Positions 60,637 through 64,000 of a DNA stretch of 64,000 nt are shown in pieces. Source of the DNA: Chrysemys picta bellii (taxonomy: Eukaryota). Below the pieces are notes generated by a model, which was not told where the DNA came from, did no database searches, and saw only the letters and a program-made list of their open reading frames with translations. Each line of letters begins with the position of its first letter. The first letter of the stretch is position 1. The stretch is from positions 51,460,001-51,524,000 of the forward strand of contig NC_088799.1 in assembly GCF_011386835.1 (NCBI RefSeq). Reading direction: 5' to 3'. The position numbers were made by a program, and so were the translations under genes.

Positions 60637-61568
60637 CTGACTTGCTGTGTGCGCATTTCTATCAAGGTTCAATGGAAAATAAAACCAGCCCAGGGTCCAA
60701 CTGCAGCAATTCTGCCGATCTCTCCAAGTTGCTTCATCATGGTCCCAAAGAGACATTTGTTCCACATGTTAGAGAAGGAAGGTGCAAGCCCATCAAGAAG
60801 AACACACACGGTTCCACAGTGTATATTTGAAATTAGGGCAATTGTAAATATGTCTAGAGACCACATTTGCTTTTTTTCTCTATAAAACACTTGAAATTTC
60901 TTTGCACTCTCTGGAAACAAGGAGAAACTAGTATGAGACTGATGGAAAACTTTAGTTAGCAGAATAATCGGTAGTCCAGCTTTGAGAAACTAAAGGCTTG
61001 ATCCAAAGCCCAGGGAAGTTAAGGGCAGAACACACTGTCTCCAGTGAGCTTGGGGAAATGGAGGACCCAGAAAACTCTGTTGTTCAACTGAAAGAAATGG
61101 TTAGGAAATCACAAATATTAAAAGTGCTTTCAAAATGGACTCAGTCCTTTGTAATGGCCAGTTGCCTGTTCACAGTACAGAGTAATTCACTGTCCTGTTT
61201 GCTAATGCTTTGTCCAATGTAAATGTTTCGGATGATGAAACTTAATTCCCAGCATTCCTCTGAGCTGATTTTAAACATGTTATTTGAGTGCAGCTTCCTT
61301 CTCTGCTTGTGAGATATCTGCAAGGATATCTTGGTTTTCTCAGATGTATTTGTCATTTGAATATATTCACCTTTCCATATGTTTTACTCTATCGCTTGAT
61401 TGTGGACATTTGGAATTCAAGATGTGCTGCTTAGTGATGATTGGTCCAGCAGATCACACAGTCTGCTCTGCATGACTATGCAAGCACTTCCATAACAATA
61501 CCGGCCCATGCAACTTGGAAGTTTGGTCACTATACACACTTTCTCCTCATATTTGTATCAGTCAATCT

Positions 61569-61738
61569 TAGGGTTGCCAACTCTGAAGCTATTCTGGGAG
61601 ATTTTTCCCCCAACATGATGTAATGTCATTTTCTTAAAATAGCCTATAAAAATCTCCCAGATTGCTTTCAGTAGTCACCGGGAGATCAATGACGATTCCA
61701 GGAGGCTCTAGCCCAATCCTGGAGGGTTGGCAACCCTA
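61569..61738. mobile_element. hAT MITE, 170 bp
   Basis: 13-bp perfect TIR TAGGGTTGCCAAC; degenerate 8-bp TSD GTCAATCT / GTCTTTCT. Confidence 0.85.
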
Positions 61739-62209
61739 GTCTTTCTAAGACACTCAAATATCCAAGGAAAGGGAACAGAAATGTTATTACAGTAGTTGCA
61801 ATATTAAGAATTTGAAATGAAATAACCAAGTGTTTGAAAGGGGCACAAATCCTTGTGTTCCAGGGCATGAATCAACTTCTAACTAGCAGGAAATAGTAGG
61901 AAAATTTCCTTTAGGGTAGCTTATTGTAGAACTACCTACTGGAAGATGTATTGCAACTTCCTGTGAAGCAGCTGGTCCTCGCTAGGGCTGGTGAAAAAAT
62001 TCTGTTTTATGAAAGACCTCAAGGTTTTGGAATTTTTTTCATTCCACCATGGAACAAAACAGAGTCCTTTCAAATATTTTTTGGGAAAAAAAGAGAGACA
62101 CCCACATGGGATATGGAAAACCCAAATTTCAATCCCAGCTTTGATCAATGTGGACCAGGGACTTGATTTTAGGTCTCTCACATCCCAGGTGAGTGCCCTA
62201 AATCATTGA

Positions 62210-62343
62210 TCAGGGGGTAGCCGTGTTAGTCTGTATCTACAAAAACAACAAGGAGTCTGGTGGCACCTTAAAGACTAACAGATTTATTTGGGCATAAGCT
62301 TTCGTGAGTAAAAACCTCACTTCTTCGGATGCATAGAGTGAAA
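62210..62343 (-). mobile_element. Penelope-like element pLTR fragment
   Basis: Reverse complement of the PLE 3' end (GACTAACACGGCTACCCCCTGA; GGTGCCACCAGACTCC). Confidence 0.9.
62292..62332 (-). ncRNA. Minimal type I hammerhead ribozyme motif (G12 intact, U4C)
   Basis: - strand GCAT-CCGAAGA-A-GTGAG(GTTTTTA)CTCAC-GAAA-GC-TT-ATGC: 4-bp stem I, 5-bp stem II, palindromic AGCU stem III, CUU cleavage triplet. Confidence 0.8.
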
Positions 62344-63644
62344 GAGTTATTGGCCTCTCTCTCTCTCTCTCTCATTTTGGTGAGAAATTCCATCCTTGAC
62401 TTGCAAAAAAAATATTTAGTCTAAAAATTCCCATCCAGCCCTAGTACTGGCCTCTGTCCTGGACTAGCTGGACCCCGTCTGGTCTGGAAATTCCTGTAAA
62501 TTTATTTATGTAAACTTTTTACTAAATGACAATGAAAAAGCACCTATCCAGTACTCTGGGGACCCTTGATAATCCTTTATAAACACACGAATAAATAAAC
62601 AGACCTGTCAGTTACCCCAATCCACTCAAATAAACCACAAACATGGCAAAATTTAATTCACCTTCCCATATGCTCCATGCCACATACTCACACCACTGTG
62701 ACTCAGCCCCAACACCGTATCCTCACCAAAGCAGGAGGAAAGATGGGCCTTGTGGTGCATTCTGAAAGGCTCTTAGCACCTTGCAGAGAAAAAGTTCCAA
62801 AGGTCCAAGGCCCTAGTAGAGAAAACTCTGCTACCTGCCACCTCTCTCTGACATCAAAGGGGCTTTAGCTCAGGCATTTTCACTGGCTGCAAACATCACA
62901 GGAGGTCTCCTACTTAGATTGGTAGCTCCCAGGTGATTTAGGGCTTTGTTAATCAAAATCAACATACGAATCAATCCACCAAGCAGCAGGCAGGCAGTAA
63001 AGATCATAGAGCACAGATTTAATATACTCATGGAAAGAAACACCACTTAACCACTGCTGAATTCTGCACTATGTTCCTATATGAAAGGAAAGCAAGCATG
63101 GGTGAGGCATGTTCATTTATATCTGACAATGAATATTCACAGGATGATTTTGGCATTCAATGCCCAGGTTTACATTTTCTGGTCAGGTAGTTTATTTGCT
63201 ATTCAGCCTCAGATTTTCTCAATCTTAATTTTATCCCATAACTCCTAGGACCTAGGTCCGTCAGCATGACCAGCATGAGAGTCTACCATTTGAGACAAAG
63301 GACTACCTCCATGAAAGAGAAATAATAGCAGACCCATTAACCTCTTACGTGGACCGGTCACTAAAGGGAGACATAGAAGAACACTCTTCCAGTACCCTTA
63401 CATCATCCCCATCCTGCTCTGCATATCTAGACCTCACCAGCTAGCATTTTTGGTGACATGTCACGTTGCAAAGTAAAATCTAACTCACTGCCTATTATCA
63501 TACCTACATTCTGTCTGGTTTTGCATTGTGCTTTCCCATGTTTCTTCTTCCTGTTGACAGATACCCTCTCTTTGTTTGCCAGTGCAGCTATCTTTTATTG
63601 ATTCACCCTGCATGGAAACCATCTCTGAGGAAAAATCAGAATGC

Positions 63645-63730
63645 AGGAACTGCCAGGCTGGATCTGAGCAGGGGTCTGTCTGGTCCAATACCTGTCTCCA
63701 TTAGTGGCCAGTACCTGCTGCTTTTCAGGA
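63645..63730 (-). mobile_element. Old CR1 3' UTR fragment
   Basis: GGAACTGCCAGGCTGGATCTGAGC...CAGTACCTGCTGCTT; same family as 46250-46330. Confidence 0.55.
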
Positions 63731-64000
63731 GTTTGATGGGGTGGCTAATGGTCTGGACTGGGATACATTAAGGATATAACACCTCACATTGCTACTGATC
63801 CAAGTGGGAAGAAGTTTAAGAAACTGGGTTCTTTCTTGAGTCAGACAATTCACCCTTGAGGTAGTTATGAAAGAGTGTTATGCCAGGAAACTAGGACTGA
63901 AGAAATACTACCAAAATATGACAGTTACCCCTACTGCAGAGGGAGAAAATTATATATTTCAAACAAAAAGTGGATGGCAATCTCCCAAGGTAAGAGCTCC

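Larger units (their letters stand above)
61983..62443. mobile_element. AT-rich hAT-like element carrying a tRNA-like segment, interrupted by a PLE pLTR
   Basis: TIRs TAGGGCTGGTGAAAAAATT / AATTCCCATCCAGCCCTA. Confidence 0.7.

Noticed and set aside
1-64000. CRISPR arrays, operons, rRNA or other prokaryotic systems
   Set aside because: No regularly spaced repeat-spacer array or dense ORF layout; the sequence is CpG-depleted vertebrate DNA dominated by TEs.

Overview
Vertebrate (non-prokaryotic) genomic DNA from a draft assembly with four N gaps. The repeat families (PsCR1-type LINEs with long 3' UTRs, GGCTANGTCTACACTA-type Harbinger MITEs, Penelope GIY-YIG elements, DIRS) point to a turtle genome; this is an inference from recalled repeat consensus, not a search. 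I recognise no known protein-coding gene, so the window looks intronic or intergenic. Much of it is transposon-derived: CR1 LINEs, hAT, Harbinger and Tigger MITEs (many with readable target-site duplications), three solo LTRs, two decayed Ty3/Gypsy internal regions, and an internally deleted DIRS element that retains both inverted terminal repeats. There are also four Penelope-like element (PLE) pieces. Each PLE piece carries a minimal type I hammerhead ribozyme motif: one near-intact, two with a G12A change at a CpG, and one cut through the core by a perfect 33-bp inversion. PLE hammerheads are a known class; the CpG-linked toggling of core residues seen here is my inference. Unique sequence holds several unverified splice-site-bounded candidate exons, including a possible two-exon 106-aa minus-strand ORF with a poly(A) signal, and a 262-codon ORF.
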